12,338 bases of DNA from Fibrobacteria bacterium (GTDB lineage Bacteria; Fibrobacterota; Fibrobacteria; UBA11236). Below, piece by piece: positions 1 through 8,654 of this stretch. The stretch is from the NCBI GenBank assembly GCA_050486505.1, contig JBJHDK010000065.1:1-12338 (forward strand), given 5' to 3'. Position 1 is the first letter of the stretch. Each line of letters starts with the position of its first letter. The notes beneath the pieces were generated by a model. The model did not search any database. It saw nothing but the letters and a program-made list of their open reading frames with translations, and was not told the DNA's origin. The translations under genes were made by a program, and so were the position numbers.

Positions 1-72
1 CCCTCCCCTCTCCATCTTCGCTTGCGCGATGGAGAGGGGAGGGGGTGCCCGAAGGGCGGGGGTGGGGTGAGG
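1..72. repeat. REP-like GC-rich palindrome downstream of porU (probably truncated by the window edge)
   Basis: Perfect 16-bp inverted repeat CCCTCCCCTCTCCATC (1-16) / GATGGAGAGGGGAGGG (28-43) with an 11-nt loop. A small GCCC-GAA-GGGC hairpin follows (47-57), then GGTGGGGTGAGG up to the porU stop. No U-tract is visible in the window. Confidence 0.7.
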
Positions 73-73
73 A

Positions 74-3000
74 CTATCTCGATATCACCAGGGTGTTCTT
101 CCGTGACACCCGGCGGCCTCCGTCGGGTGCGCCGTCCGTCTCGCTCCAGATCGCGGTGACCTCGTAGAAGTATACGCCGTTGGCCAGGCGCTGACCCCAG
201 GCATCGCGACCATCCCAGCGGGTCTCGCCCGAGATCGCGTTGCGGAACTCCTGCACCATGTGCCCGCGCTGGTTGAAGATGCGCAGGTGGAAGCGCACGC
301 GATCGACATTGGGCTCGGTCAGGTCGAACCCTTCGTCTGCCGGCAAGGTGGTCATGAAGTGGAAGGTCGTGCCGGCATCGCGCATCGGGTTGGGCACGTT
401 GAAGGCGCGCACGAAACGGAAGCGATCGCCCTCGCTGACATCGAGGGTGACCTGACGCTGGCTGAGGTTCCCGAATCCGTCGCGGGAGGAGATGCGCAAC
501 ACGTGGCTGCCGGGGGCGATTTCCTGGGGAGAGAACGTGGTCTGAAAGGTCTTCGCGTAAAGCTCGTCGAGAATCGGCTCGGGCTGAAAGGGGGCCACCG
601 AACCGATCACCTCGATGGTGGTCCCTTGGTCGGGCCCCTCCCCGCCCAGCACCCCGCTGCCCGTATCGCTCACGGTGACCTGCACGCAGTAGGGCAACGA
701 AATGCTCACACGGTCGGGGAAGTCGATGGCGCCGCTCTCCCTGACGTTGCAGCCCGCGATCGTGATGCGCGGGCCGCGCTTGTCGTCGTCCATACAGGTC
801 TCGGACGCAGTGCCATCGATCGGAAGCCCCTCCACCAGCACGGCGCTTTCACGTGCGAATTCCGCGTCCCAGGCAAATGCCTGGATCTTGGCGGCGGTGT
901 CGCCGAAGGGAACCTGCTTGGGCAGGAAATAATCCATGGAAAACACCGAGTCTTCGTAGGGCACGGTGCGCTCGAACAAAATCTGCCCGCGCTTTTGCAC
1001 GGTGGTGGTGGCCATCGTATCGCGGTTCAGGGGGCGGACTCGATACGTGTATGATTTGGGAACATCCCCCGAAACAATGCGAATGTTGACGTGACCCCGG
1101 CCGCTGCCCGAATTCACCCGTCCCGTGATGGTGCCACAGTCGAGCGCACGCAAGGTATCGGGAATCGACTCGAGCTGCAAGCCGATACCGGGCCTGCGCA
1201 GGGTGATTGCAGGATCACCGAGCAGGGCATACTTCTTGTTGTTCGATAACGCCATGACATCATTATTCGGTGTCAGGTTCTTGGAAAGACGCAAATGTTG
1301 TCCTAGCGCTACGGGAACCGAATCGAGAGACGCCGCAAATGCTTGCGCCGCAAAAGTCACGGCGAGGGATTCATTCGGATCGGGAAAAGTCTCACGCGTT
1401 CCCGCAATCCCGACAATAGCGCCATGCTCGCGCTGGCGCACGAATTGTTCAGTCATCCCCTCGTCATTCAGCTTGTCGAAGCGACCGACCGTGCAGCTGA
1501 AAATGGTCATGCAAAAATTTCTGTGTCCGTTGCGCACCCGTGCCAGGCCGTCGTTCGTTTTCAGGAAAACCTCATCCGCAAGCTGGTTGTAGGCCCCATG
1601 CCCGAAGAAGTTGAAAAGCAATGTTCCCCGGTTAAGCTGGTTGATCAAGGCTTGGGTGGCCTCAGGCTTGAGGAAAGCCGCATTATGGGGGTAGTCGAAC
1701 AAATACACCGACTCCATGCGCCGGCCGGAATCGTGTTCCAGAATGGTCGTGCCAACACGTTCTGCCTGTTGCGTGTGTCTTGTGATCGGGTCAACGCCAC
1801 CTTCGGCACGCCTCTGCGTGGCATCATCCGCCGTCATCAGGACACGGCTGCGCCACTCTCCGGAGGATGCCGGGTGCTCGTAGACACGCACCTTCTCGAG
1901 ATAGTCGCGCGCCTGCTCCCGGGTCTGTACGGGGATCCTTCCGACAGCCAAGGCCACGCTCCCGTTGTGCCAAATCTGCCCCGAATCAACCACTCCGAAA
2001 AAGTCATCGGTGCTCATGGGGTTACTGCCAAGATCCTGCCAGTTGAACGGCGGGATGTGGTTGGGCAGCGGGTTGATCGTCACACCGTTGCGGATGTTGC
2101 GGTAGTCGTAGTGCCCGTCGCCGAAAAGAACGACATATTTCAGGTTGCCCATACCGCCACCGGGGCCCCAATTGTTCAACGACCAGCGAAGAAAGTCGCG
2201 CAAGGCCACCGGCGACATGCGTCCGCCCGACCATTCGCGATACACGTCCTCGGCGCGCACCACCGCGGTCGCCAAGGGCATGATGCGACCGGCGTCGGCA
2301 CGGTATTCCGCCAACTGCACCGCCTCCGGGAGCAACGCCTGCGGGGCGAGGATGAGGTACTCCGGATCAAGGCCGTCACCCGTGACCAGGTTCTGCACCA
2401 CCGGCCCGCCTTGCGAAAACACGGCTTCCAGCGCAACCGCCGGGGAGGCAACGGGGATGGCCCCTCCCCCGTACATGTAATAGACGACATCGTCCGCCGG
2501 ACCCACGCTGTCGGCGAACAGGACGCTGCCTCCGGAAGGCTGCAATTCCATCCATCTTGCACCGGCACCCGATTCAACACGCAACACCCGCAATGCCGCG
2601 GATGGATTGGAGATCTGATAGCCGACGCGCTGCCCCACCGCTGCGGGGAAGACGGCACGGTTCTGGCCGGTCCACGCCAGGCTGCGCTGATACCGGACAG
2701 AATAACCCTCGAAACGCGGGCTTCCACCCAACCAGACCACGCTATCGAACCCCAAGGCATCGTTCGTGCCATAACCGGAAGTCTTGAGATACCATGACCC
2801 CGCTGCACCGACCATGACAAAGGGTAGAGTATCTCCTGAAGACCATACCCTGAACTCATGGAAGTTTGTGGCTGCCAGCTGGTTGAACATGCCGACATAG
2901 GTGCTGTCCCCGCTTCTTCCTGCAAGGGTCGAAGTCGAGGATCGCGACAACTGGTTCCCAGGAAGAATGAGCGGACCGCTTTCATTGCGGCAAACGAAAC

Positions 3001-4258
3001 GCCCAAACCAATACCACGCATATCCGGTTTCAGTGTCGAACAGCCCTGCTGGGTCGCAGGAACCTGTATTCAGGTCGCGCTCTGCGCGCAGGTATTGAGG
3101 AGCTCGCGTGACGGTCGCTGCCGGAGCAGTGAAAGCAGCCGTGTCGAAGCGCAGCCCTTGCGGGCCCGGGCTCCAGTCAAGGAAGTAATGGTTGTCGAAC
3201 GACCAAGGGTCGTTTTTGAAAACCCAACGGATCGGGCCGGGAGCACCGGGAAGGGGGACCCAGATGCTAGTGCCGTGCCCGTAAAACAAGATGGTGTCGC
3301 CCGCGTCGAAGATCCCGTTGTTGTTGGCGTCCCTCACCTCGATGGGGATTTCGCGCAATACCGGGCCCGAGGGCGGTGCATTCAGGCGCACCGTCAGGGT
3401 GTCTTTCGGCCCGGTAAAGAGCCGCAGGCGTTCGACGGGAATGCCATCGAGACGGCTGCCCGCGACGCCGCGCGCGGTCGCGAATGTCAGTGCATGAATG
3501 CCGTCCGTCGAGAGATCATCGACCTCCCGGTTGCCGATGCGGATGCGCAGGAATTCTTCGGACAGGGTGTTGCTCGCGGCCGCGCTGCGTCGTAACACCG
3601 CGGGCCGGGGGTGCGCGGTCAAATGCGCCCCTCCCCGGGGGTTGAGGACGCCCTCGCGAGCCAGCCAAGGGCGCACCCCCGGCGCCGCTGATGCCGCCGG
3701 TTCCGGAAACTCGACCCGCACGCGGAAGCGCGCCAGCATGCGGGCGCTCCCCGAGCCTTCGATCCAGGTTCCCAGCGGAACGGTAATACTGCGCAATTCC
3801 AGGCCGCGCACGCGCTCCAACTCGTTGATCCCGGGTGTCAGCGTGCGCGCCGCGGCAAAAAGGGCCGGGTCCTTGTGCGGTTCGAACGTGCGGTTGGTGA
3901 CCCAGCGAGGAACGCCCGCGAGCCCCCGCGGCAACGGTACTTCGACCCATTCGATCGGCTCGATGACGACTCGCGGCATGCGGGGACCCGTCGCGACGCG
4001 AAAGGTGTACGATGGCAGATCGGGCGCACCGGTCAATGCGAGATTGGGAAATCCTTCGGCGAGTACGCGCTGTCCGTCCGCGCCGTCAGCCGCGACGTAG
4101 CGCGGAACCGTCAACTCGATCACGAGACGCCCGGGAGCATCTTCGATGACAACAGGGAGCGAGGGAGCCGACGCGGCGGAAACCGGTGACGTTGCGAAGA
4201 ACATCCCGCAGAGCACCGACAAGGCCAAGCGGACGCGGGAATGAGATCGTATCTGCAC
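74..4258 (-). CDS. porU: Type IX secretion system sortase PorU-like, peptidase family C25, with N-terminal propeptide-like region and C-terminal FlgD-Ig/T9SS sorting-like domain (~1394 aa)
   Basis: C25 motifs: DTILFYGHG, YVVLFGDGHYDYR, TDDFFG, AVGRIPV, catalytic NFFGHG (His codon 1598-1600) and IFSCTVGRFD (Cys codon 1493-1495), YALLGDP. The C-terminus reads NVPNPM...IFNQRG...WDGRDAWGQRLANGVYFY. Start moved to GTG 4258 because it gives a signal peptide (VQIRSHSRVRLALSVLCGMFFATSPVSA), while the ORF-track start (4372) lies inside the rpsA terminator. Confidence 0.88.
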   Translation of the reverse strand: MQIRSHSRVRLALSVLCGMFFATSPVSAASAPSLPVVIEDAPGRLVIELTVPRYVAADGADGQRVLAEGFPNLALTGAPDLPSYTFRVATGPRMPRVVIEPIEWVEVPLPRGLAGVPRWVTNRTFEPHKDPALFAAARTLTPGINELERVRGLELRSITVPLGTWIEGSGSARMLARFRVRVEFPEPAASAAPGVRPWLAREGVLNPRGGAHLTAHPRPAVLRRSAAASNTLSEEFLRIRIGNREVDDLSTDGIHALTFATARGVAGSRLDGIPVERLRLFTGPKDTLTVRLNAPPSGPVLREIPIEVRDANNNGIFDAGDTILFYGHGTSIWVPLPGAPGPIRWVFKNDPWSFDNHYFLDWSPGPQGLRFDTAAFTAPAATVTRAPQYLRAERDLNTGSCDPAGLFDTETGYAWYWFGRFVCRNESGPLILPGNQLSRSSTSTLAGRSGDSTYVGMFNQLAATNFHEFRVWSSGDTLPFVMVGAAGSWYLKTSGYGTNDALGFDSVVWLGGSPRFEGYSVRYQRSLAWTGQNRAVFPAAVGQRVGYQISNPSAALRVLRVESGAGARWMELQPSGGSVLFADSVGPADDVVYYMYGGGAIPVASPAVALEAVFSQGGPVVQNLVTGDGLDPEYLILAPQALLPEAVQLAEYRADAGRIMPLATAVVRAEDVYREWSGGRMSPVALRDFLRWSLNNWGPGGGMGNLKYVVLFGDGHYDYRNIRNGVTINPLPNHIPPFNWQDLGSNPMSTDDFFGVVDSGQIWHNGSVALAVGRIPVQTREQARDYLEKVRVYEHPASSGEWRSRVLMTADDATQRRAEGGVDPITRHTQQAERVGTTILEHDSGRRMESVYLFDYPHNAAFLKPEATQALINQLNRGTLLFNFFGHGAYNQLADEVFLKTNDGLARVRNGHRNFCMTIFSCTVGRFDKLNDEGMTEQFVRQREHGAIVGIAGTRETFPDPNESLAVTFAAQAFAASLDSVPVALGQHLRLSKNLTPNNDVMALSNNKKYALLGDPAITLRRPGIGLQLESIPDTLRALDCGTITGRVNSGSGRGHVNIRIVSGDVPKSYTYRVRPLNRDTMATTTVQKRGQILFERTVPYEDSVFSMDYFLPKQVPFGDTAAKIQAFAWDAEFARESAVLVEGLPIDGTASETCMDDDKRGPRITIAGCNVRESGAIDFPDRVSISLPYCVQVTVSDTGSGVLGGEGPDQGTTIEVIGSVAPFQPEPILDELYAKTFQTTFSPQEIAPGSHVLRISSRDGFGNLSQRQVTLDVSEGDRFRFVRAFNVPNPMRDAGTTFHFMTTLPADEGFDLTEPNVDRVRFHLRIFNQRGHMVQEFRNAISGETRWDGRDAWGQRLANGVYFYEVTAIWSETDGAPDGGRRVSRKNTLVISR

Positions 4259-4264
4259 CGTGGG

Positions 4265-4270
4265 AAGGTA
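4265..4270 (-). promoter_or_regulatory. Putative -10 box TACCTT, 6 nt before the porU GTG (leaderless-type)
   Basis: Minus strand TTG-TACCTT-CCCACG-GTG; no SD motif in the interval. Confidence 0.55.
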
Positions 4271-4355
4271 CAAAGAGCCCCCCGTGCACTCCAGAGGGAA
4301 AGTCGTCTCCCCGCAGCCCGCGAACATGCGGAGCCCCCCGAGAAACGAAGCCATG

Positions 4356-4380
4356 AAAAAAGCCCCCGTCACCGGAGGCT
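4356..4380 (-). terminator. Rho-independent terminator of the cmk-rpsA transcript
   Basis: Minus strand AGCCTCCG-GTGA-CGGGGGCT-TTTTT: 8-bp stem (one G.U), GNRA-type loop, U-tract, preceded by an A-tract. Confidence 0.88.
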
Positions 4381-4440
4381 TTTCGAAAGACTCTCGCCCC
4401 TAGGGGAGCTGGGGATGTCACCCTGCGCAAGGACGACCCC

Positions 4441-4485
4441 GCCTCGACAGGCTCGGCGACCTCGGTCCCTGAGCTTGTCGAAGGG
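4441..4485. repeat. REP/REPIN-like palindrome (CCCTGAGCTTGTCGAAGGG type) between the rpsA stop and its terminator
   Basis: GCCTCGACAGGCTCGGCGACC (4441-4461) matches the reverse complement of GGTCCCTGAGCTTGTCGAAGG (4464-4484) at 16/21 positions; two of the differences are G.U-compatible. Confidence 0.7.
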
Positions 4486-4496
4486 ACAAGTCGCCC

Positions 4497-6245
4497 CTAC
4501 TCCTCCCCCTCGAGCTTCACGACGTCGCCGAGCTTCGCGGCCTGGGGCTTGTGGGCATCCAGATAGGCGCGCCACTCGGCGTCTTCCTTGTTCTTGAAGA
4601 AGTCGACCACGCTCAAGGTCATCTTGCGCGCAGCCACGTCGATCTCCGTCACCACCGCAGGCACTTCATCGCCGGCCTTGAAGGCTTCGGAGGGGTGCTT
4701 GATGGAGTCGGTGGTCAGCTTCGACATGGGAATGAAGCCCTCGACGCCGTTGGGCAGGTCCACCACGGCGCCGCGGTCGAGGAGGCGCGAAATGGTCGCC
4801 TTCACGTCCTTGCCGGCGGGGTATTCCGAAGCCACGGTATCCCAGGGATCTTCCTCGAGGTGCTTCATCGACAGCGAGATGCGGCGCTTCTCCTTGTCGA
4901 TGGCCAGCACGATGCACTCCACCACGTCGCCCTTCTTCAGGATTTCGCTGGGGTGGTTGACCTTCTTGGTCCAGGACATGTCGGAGACGTGGATGAGGCC
5001 GTCGACCCCTTCCTTGATCTCGATGAACGCGCCGAAGGCGGCCAGGTTGCGGATCTCGCCCTTGACCTTGGCGCCGACCGGGAGTTCTTCCTCGATGCTG
5101 GCCCAGGGATCGGGCTGGATCTGCTTGAGGCCCAGGGAGATCTTCTCGTTCTCGGGATCGAGTTTGAGCACCACGGCCTCGATTTCCTGGCCGGCCTGCA
5201 CAAGCTGCGAGGGGTGCTTAATGTGCTGGGTCCAGGACATCTCGGAGATGTGGACCAGACCCTCGACACCCTGCGCGATTTCGACGAAGACGCCGTAATC
5301 GGTGATCGACACGACCTTGCCCTTGATGCGGGTGCCCTCGGGATACTTGGCAGCCACATCCTCCCAAGGATGCTTGGTCAGTTGCTTCATGCCGAGCGAA
5401 ATGCGCTCTTTCTTCTCGTTGAAGTCGAGGACGACGACTTTCACACGGTCGCCCAGCTTCACCACCTCGCTGGGGTGATTGACGCGGCCCCAGGTCATGT
5501 CGGTGATGTGGAGCAGACCGTCGACGCCGCCGAGATCAATGAAGGCACCGAAGTCGGTGATGTTCTTGACCACGCCCTCGCGGACCTGCGCCTTCTCGAG
5601 CGTGTCGATGATCTGCTCGCGCATCTTGAAGCGCTCCTGCTCGAGCACGACGCGGCGTGAGACAACGATGTTGCGGCGCAACTTGTTGACCTTGATGACC
5701 TTGAAGTCCATCTGCTGGCCGAGGAGGCTGTCGAGATCGGGAACCTGACGCAGGTCGATCTGCGAACCGGGGAGGAACGCCTCGATGCCGAACAGGTCGA
5801 CGACGACGCCACCCTTGATGCGGCGGGCGATGGTGCCCTTGACGAGCTCTTCCTTCTCGAACGCCTCGCGGATACGCTCCCACACGCGCATGAAGTCGGC
5901 GCGCTGCTTGGAGAGGATGACCTGGCCCTCGTTGTTTTCGACCTGATCGAGGTACACCTCGATCTCGGTTCCGGGCGCGAGTTCGGTTTCATCACGGAAC
6001 TCGGATTTGGGAATCACGCCTTCGGACTTGAACTTGATGTCGACGAAGACGTCGTTGTCGGTGACGCGGATGACCTGGCCCTTGACGATGCTGCCTTCCT
6101 TGTAGGCGCCCATGGTGGCGTCGTACTGGGCAAGCAGCGCCTGGCGGGCCTCGTCGGCGATGCCGGCGGCGGCATCGAACTCGCGGAGGTCTTCCTCGGA
6201 ACCGTAAAGAAGCTTGGGATTTTCGGAAACGGGTGCAGTGGACAT
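4497..6245 (-). CDS. rpsA: 30S ribosomal protein S1 (582 aa, six S1 domains)
   Basis: Repeated S1 domains (KGQVIRV..VFVDIKFKSEG, RIKGGVVVD..EAFLPGSQID, GVVKNITDFGAFIDLGGVDGLLHITD, VSITDYGVFVE..GVEGLVHISEMSW, etc.). ATG 6245 is preceded by GGAG. Lies downstream of cmk, as in the conserved operon. Confidence 0.98.
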   Translation of the reverse strand: MSTAPVSENPKLLYGSEEDLREFDAAAGIADEARQALLAQYDATMGAYKEGSIVKGQVIRVTDNDVFVDIKFKSEGVIPKSEFRDETELAPGTEIEVYLDQVENNEGQVILSKQRADFMRVWERIREAFEKEELVKGTIARRIKGGVVVDLFGIEAFLPGSQIDLRQVPDLDSLLGQQMDFKVIKVNKLRRNIVVSRRVVLEQERFKMREQIIDTLEKAQVREGVVKNITDFGAFIDLGGVDGLLHITDMTWGRVNHPSEVVKLGDRVKVVVLDFNEKKERISLGMKQLTKHPWEDVAAKYPEGTRIKGKVVSITDYGVFVEIAQGVEGLVHISEMSWTQHIKHPSQLVQAGQEIEAVVLKLDPENEKISLGLKQIQPDPWASIEEELPVGAKVKGEIRNLAAFGAFIEIKEGVDGLIHVSDMSWTKKVNHPSEILKKGDVVECIVLAIDKEKRRISLSMKHLEEDPWDTVASEYPAGKDVKATISRLLDRGAVVDLPNGVEGFIPMSKLTTDSIKHPSEAFKAGDEVPAVVTEIDVAARKMTLSVVDFFKNKEDAEWRAYLDAHKPQAAKLGDVVKLEGEE

Positions 6246-6322
6246 AGTGCTCCGGCCTGAACGGGTTATTCTCCCAAAACATTCGGGAGAGGCTGTTCGC
6301 GGCGGATGCAAGGCGGGGCGGA

Positions 6323-6985
6323 CTAAGCGTCCAGATCCTGCCGAACAAGGCGGGAAATGATAGCAACTTGCTCTTCCAGCGTTAAGTCGCTGGTGTCGAT
6401 TTCCACGGCGCCGTCGGCCTTGCGCAGGGGGCTGTGTTCCCGGGTGCTGTCCGTTTCGTCACGTTCCAGCAGATTTTGCAGGATTCCAGCCTCGGAGACC
6501 TCGATTCCTGCCTTTTTGAGCTCCAGGGCGCGCCGGTGAGCCCGGGTTTCGGGGTTGGCGGTCATGAAGAACTTCCAGCGGGCGTCGGGGAACACGACGG
6601 TGCCGATGTCGCGTCCTTCGAGCACGGTGGGGCGGCTGGCCCCGAGCTTGCGCTGCTGCTCCACCATGGCCTGCCGCACTTCGGGGGGCTGGCAGTAGAT
6701 GGAGACCTTGGCGCTGACTTCGGGCGAACGGATTTCGGGAGGGGGGGGCGCTCCGTTGACGAGCAGGGTCCCGGCTTCGTCGAAGGTGAATTCGAGGGTT
6801 CTCGCGAGGCCACCAAGCTTCAGGGTTTCCTCCGGGGGGGTGCCTTCCTGCATGGCACGCCAGGTCAATGTGCGATACATGGCGCCGGTGTCGATGTGAC
6901 AGAACCCGAGTTCCTTGGCGACGAGTTTGGCGGTACTCGACTTGCCCGCGCCGCTGATGCCGTCGATGGCGATGATGGGGAGCAT
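6323..6985 (-). CDS. cmk: Cytidylate kinase (220 aa)
   Basis: IIAIDGISGAGKSS P-loop, IDTGAMYR, VLEGRDIGTVVFPDA, RDETDSTREHSPL, IDTSDL. Start set at ATG 6985 (MLPIIAIDG). Confidence 0.97.
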   Translation of the reverse strand: MLPIIAIDGISGAGKSSTAKLVAKELGFCHIDTGAMYRTLTWRAMQEGTPPEETLKLGGLARTLEFTFDEAGTLLVNGAPPPPEIRSPEVSAKVSIYCQPPEVRQAMVEQQRKLGASRPTVLEGRDIGTVVFPDARWKFFMTANPETRAHRRALELKKAGIEVSEAGILQNLLERDETDSTREHSPLRKADGAVEIDTSDLTLEEQVAIISRLVRQDLDA

Positions 6986-6992
6986 CCCCGGA

Positions 6993-6998
6993 ATGTTA
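6993..6998 (-). promoter_or_regulatory. Putative -10 box TAACAT, 7 nt before the cmk ATG
   Basis: Minus strand TC-TAACAT-TCCGGGG-ATG. Confidence 0.5.
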
Positions 6999-7039
6999 GA
7001 ACTTGGCAGTCGCTTTCGACTCGAAGAATCTGCGAGCAA

Positions 7040-7639
7040 CTAGTCCGAATGGATCGGGAACAAGGCTCTGAGACTGTCCCCAAAACCGGGACTGAACGTC
7101 ACACCTGAAATGGCGTCCCACAGCGGCGGTGGAAAGATGCCGGTGTAACGCACATAATGCGCGTCTATTCCGAAGCGAAGCGTCAACGTCGAGTCGGCCC
7201 CTTCGAACCTCAAAGTATCCGCGCCATTCAACAACATGCGGTAACCCGGCAACGAAATAACGTCCACCGTATCGTAAAGTTCCCGGCCTGGGAAAACCAT
7301 GGGCCGCAAATAGGCCGGCCCATGGGTCTCGGAAAGATTCGGGCCCCAATACCCTGCGACAATGAGCTTTTGCCCTTCCAAGATGAGGAAGGACTGGTAA
7401 ATGTATTGGGAGGTATCCCAAGTTTGTGAATAATGATTCGATTCGCCCGGCGAGCCGAAGTCTGGGACGCTGATGGACCAAGTCTCGGTACGGACGAGTA
7501 ACCAGGTTCCTTCCGGAAGCGCGGGATTTTCTTCTGTCGTTTGCTTGAGAAAGCAACCCTGCAACAAAAAAATTCCGGAGAATAACAGGATTCCGGACAC
7601 GATTTTTGCCGACCCAATCAATTGAACCATTCGCGACAT
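7040..7639 (-). CDS. Hypothetical lipoprotein (~199 aa), possibly a lipocalin-like beta domain
   Basis: Hydrophobic stretch ending in lipobox LLQG-C, then PEGTWLLVRTE (resembles the GxW motif of lipocalin-like lipoproteins). Start is uncertain (7681, 7639 or 7630); 7639 is preferred because TATTTT lies 6 nt upstream. Lower GC than its neighbours (24/60 at 7381-7440). Confidence 0.65.
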   Translation of the reverse strand: MSRMVQLIGSAKIVSGILLFSGIFLLQGCFLKQTTEENPALPEGTWLLVRTETWSISVPDFGSPGESNHYSQTWDTSQYIYQSFLILEGQKLIVAGYWGPNLSETHGPAYLRPMVFPGRELYDTVDVISLPGYRMLLNGADTLRFEGADSTLTLRFGIDAHYVRYTGIFPPPLWDAISGVTFSPGFGDSLRALFPIHSD

Positions 7640-7863
7640 GGCATAAAAATAGATCACATACCTGCCACTCCATTCGCGCATTCAATGCCCTGGTGACCGG
7701 ATGCCGTGCCCGCCAAGTATATCCCAGGCTTGTCGAGGGGCGGGGATGACGGTGCCGGATGGAGATTCCCGGAAATTCTGAAGGATTACCGCGGCCCGGT
7801 GCCCATCATGACGCCACCCAAGGCCAACTATTTTTCCTATCCAACAGCCAATCCGGAGCCACC

Positions 7864-8073
7864 ATGTCCAACTTCACCTACAGCGCCGTCATCCACAAGG
7901 AAGACAACCTGTACGTCGCCGAGTGCCCCGAAGTCGGCACCGCCAGCCAGGGCGAAACCATCGACGAAGCGATCCGCAACCTCAAGGAAGCCACCGAGCT
8001 CTACCTCGAAGAATTCCCCGAAAAGAAAAAGTCCTCCCCCCCGATACTGACGACATTCGAAGCCCAAGCATGA
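7864..8073 (+). CDS. hicB: HicB-family antitoxin, short form without a C-terminal DNA-binding domain (69 aa)
   Basis: YSAVIHKEDNLYVAECPEVGTASQGETIDEAIRNLKEATELYLE is a typical HicB N-terminal (partial RNase H) fold. GGAG SD before ATG 7864; ATGA overlap with the next gene. Confidence 0.9.
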   Translation: MSNFTYSAVIHKEDNLYVAECPEVGTASQGETIDEAIRNLKEATELYLEEFPEKKKSSPPILTTFEAQA

Positions 8074-8297
8074 CCCGCCTCCCCCGCATTTCGGGCGAGC
8101 AGGTCATCAAGATATTGGAGCGCATGGGATTCGAACAAAGCCGCCAGAAAGGAAGCCACATCACCCTGAAAAAGACGACTCCTGAAGGAGTCGTCGGTTG
8201 CGTTGTTCCCCTGCACAAGGAAGTTGCAGTGGGAACCCTTCGGAGCGTCTTGCGTCAGGCGCATCTGAGTCCGGACGAATTCATGTCGAACATGTAA
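8070..8297 (+). CDS. hicA: HicA-family mRNA interferase toxin (75 aa)
   Basis: RLPRISGEQVIKILERMGF..RQKGSH (conserved GSH His)..VVPLHKEVAVGTLRSVLRQA; translationally coupled to hicB. Confidence 0.92.
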   Translation: MTRLPRISGEQVIKILERMGFEQSRQKGSHITLKKTTPEGVVGCVVPLHKEVAVGTLRSVLRQAHLSPDEFMSNM

Positions 8298-8308
8298 GGC
8301 CGGCCCCA

Positions 8309-8327
8309 CGGGGACCGCATTCCCCTA
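8309..8327. repeat. Imperfect direct repeat, copy 1 (hairpin GGGGA-CCGCAT-TCCCC containing the mazF stop)
   Basis: CGGGGACCGCATTCCCCTA versus CGGGAACCGCGT-CCCCTA at 8940-8957 (16/19 identical). Confidence 0.55.
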
Positions 8328-8654
8328 AACCGCGAACATCTCCTGCAAAACCCCCGACACCTTTTTGCCCGTCGCCGTCGACACGGCGCCCAGTCGCGAC
8401 ACGATTCGGCCCCTGTCGATCGTCCGCAACTGGTCCAGCACGATCTTACCGGCCTTTCCCTGAAACGTACAGCCCACCCGCGACGGATAATCCCGGCCCT
8501 TCGTGGTCAGCGGCGCGACGATCACGGTATTCAGATGCCTGTTCATTTCGTCAGGCGAAACGACCAGGCACGGACGCGTCTTCTTGATTTCGCTTCCAAG
8601 CACGGGATCAAGCGCTACCAGAAGCACATCGAAACGCCGGACTACCACTCCCAT
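8325..8654 (-). CDS. mazF: PemK/MazF-family endoribonuclease toxin (109 aa)
   Basis: RFDVLLVALDPVLGSEIKKTRPCLVVSPDEMN..TVIVAPLT..IVLDQLRTIDRGRI; overlaps the 3' end of the antitoxin gene. Confidence 0.93.
   Translation of the reverse strand: MGVVVRRFDVLLVALDPVLGSEIKKTRPCLVVSPDEMNRHLNTVIVAPLTTKGRDYPSRVGCTFQGKAGKIVLDQLRTIDRGRIVSRLGAVSTATGKKVSGVLQEMFAV

Noticed and set aside
260..4189. Long plus-strand ORFs (264, 484, 245, 200 aa) and the 281-aa alternative minus frame over porU
   Set aside because: Fully overlap a well-supported CDS, with Arg/Ala/Pro-rich or antisense-type composition and no motifs.
4259..4372. N-terminal extension of porU given by the ORF track
   Set aside because: It starts inside the rpsA terminator and would bury the signal peptide; GTG 4258 fits better.
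4497..4499. TAG recoding or read-through suggested by frequent amber stops
   Set aside because: rpsA, cmk, mazE and mazF all end at family-typical lengths, so TAG acts as a normal stop.
4551..5660. 369-aa and 236-aa plus-strand ORFs antisense to rpsA
   Set aside because: Shadow frames caused by strong codon bias in a high-GC, highly expressed gene; no recognisable protein.
6996..7685. 229-aa alternative minus-strand ORF overlapping the lipoprotein
   Set aside because: Arg/His-rich with no features; the frame ending at 7040 has a clear lipobox and does not overlap the cmk promoter.
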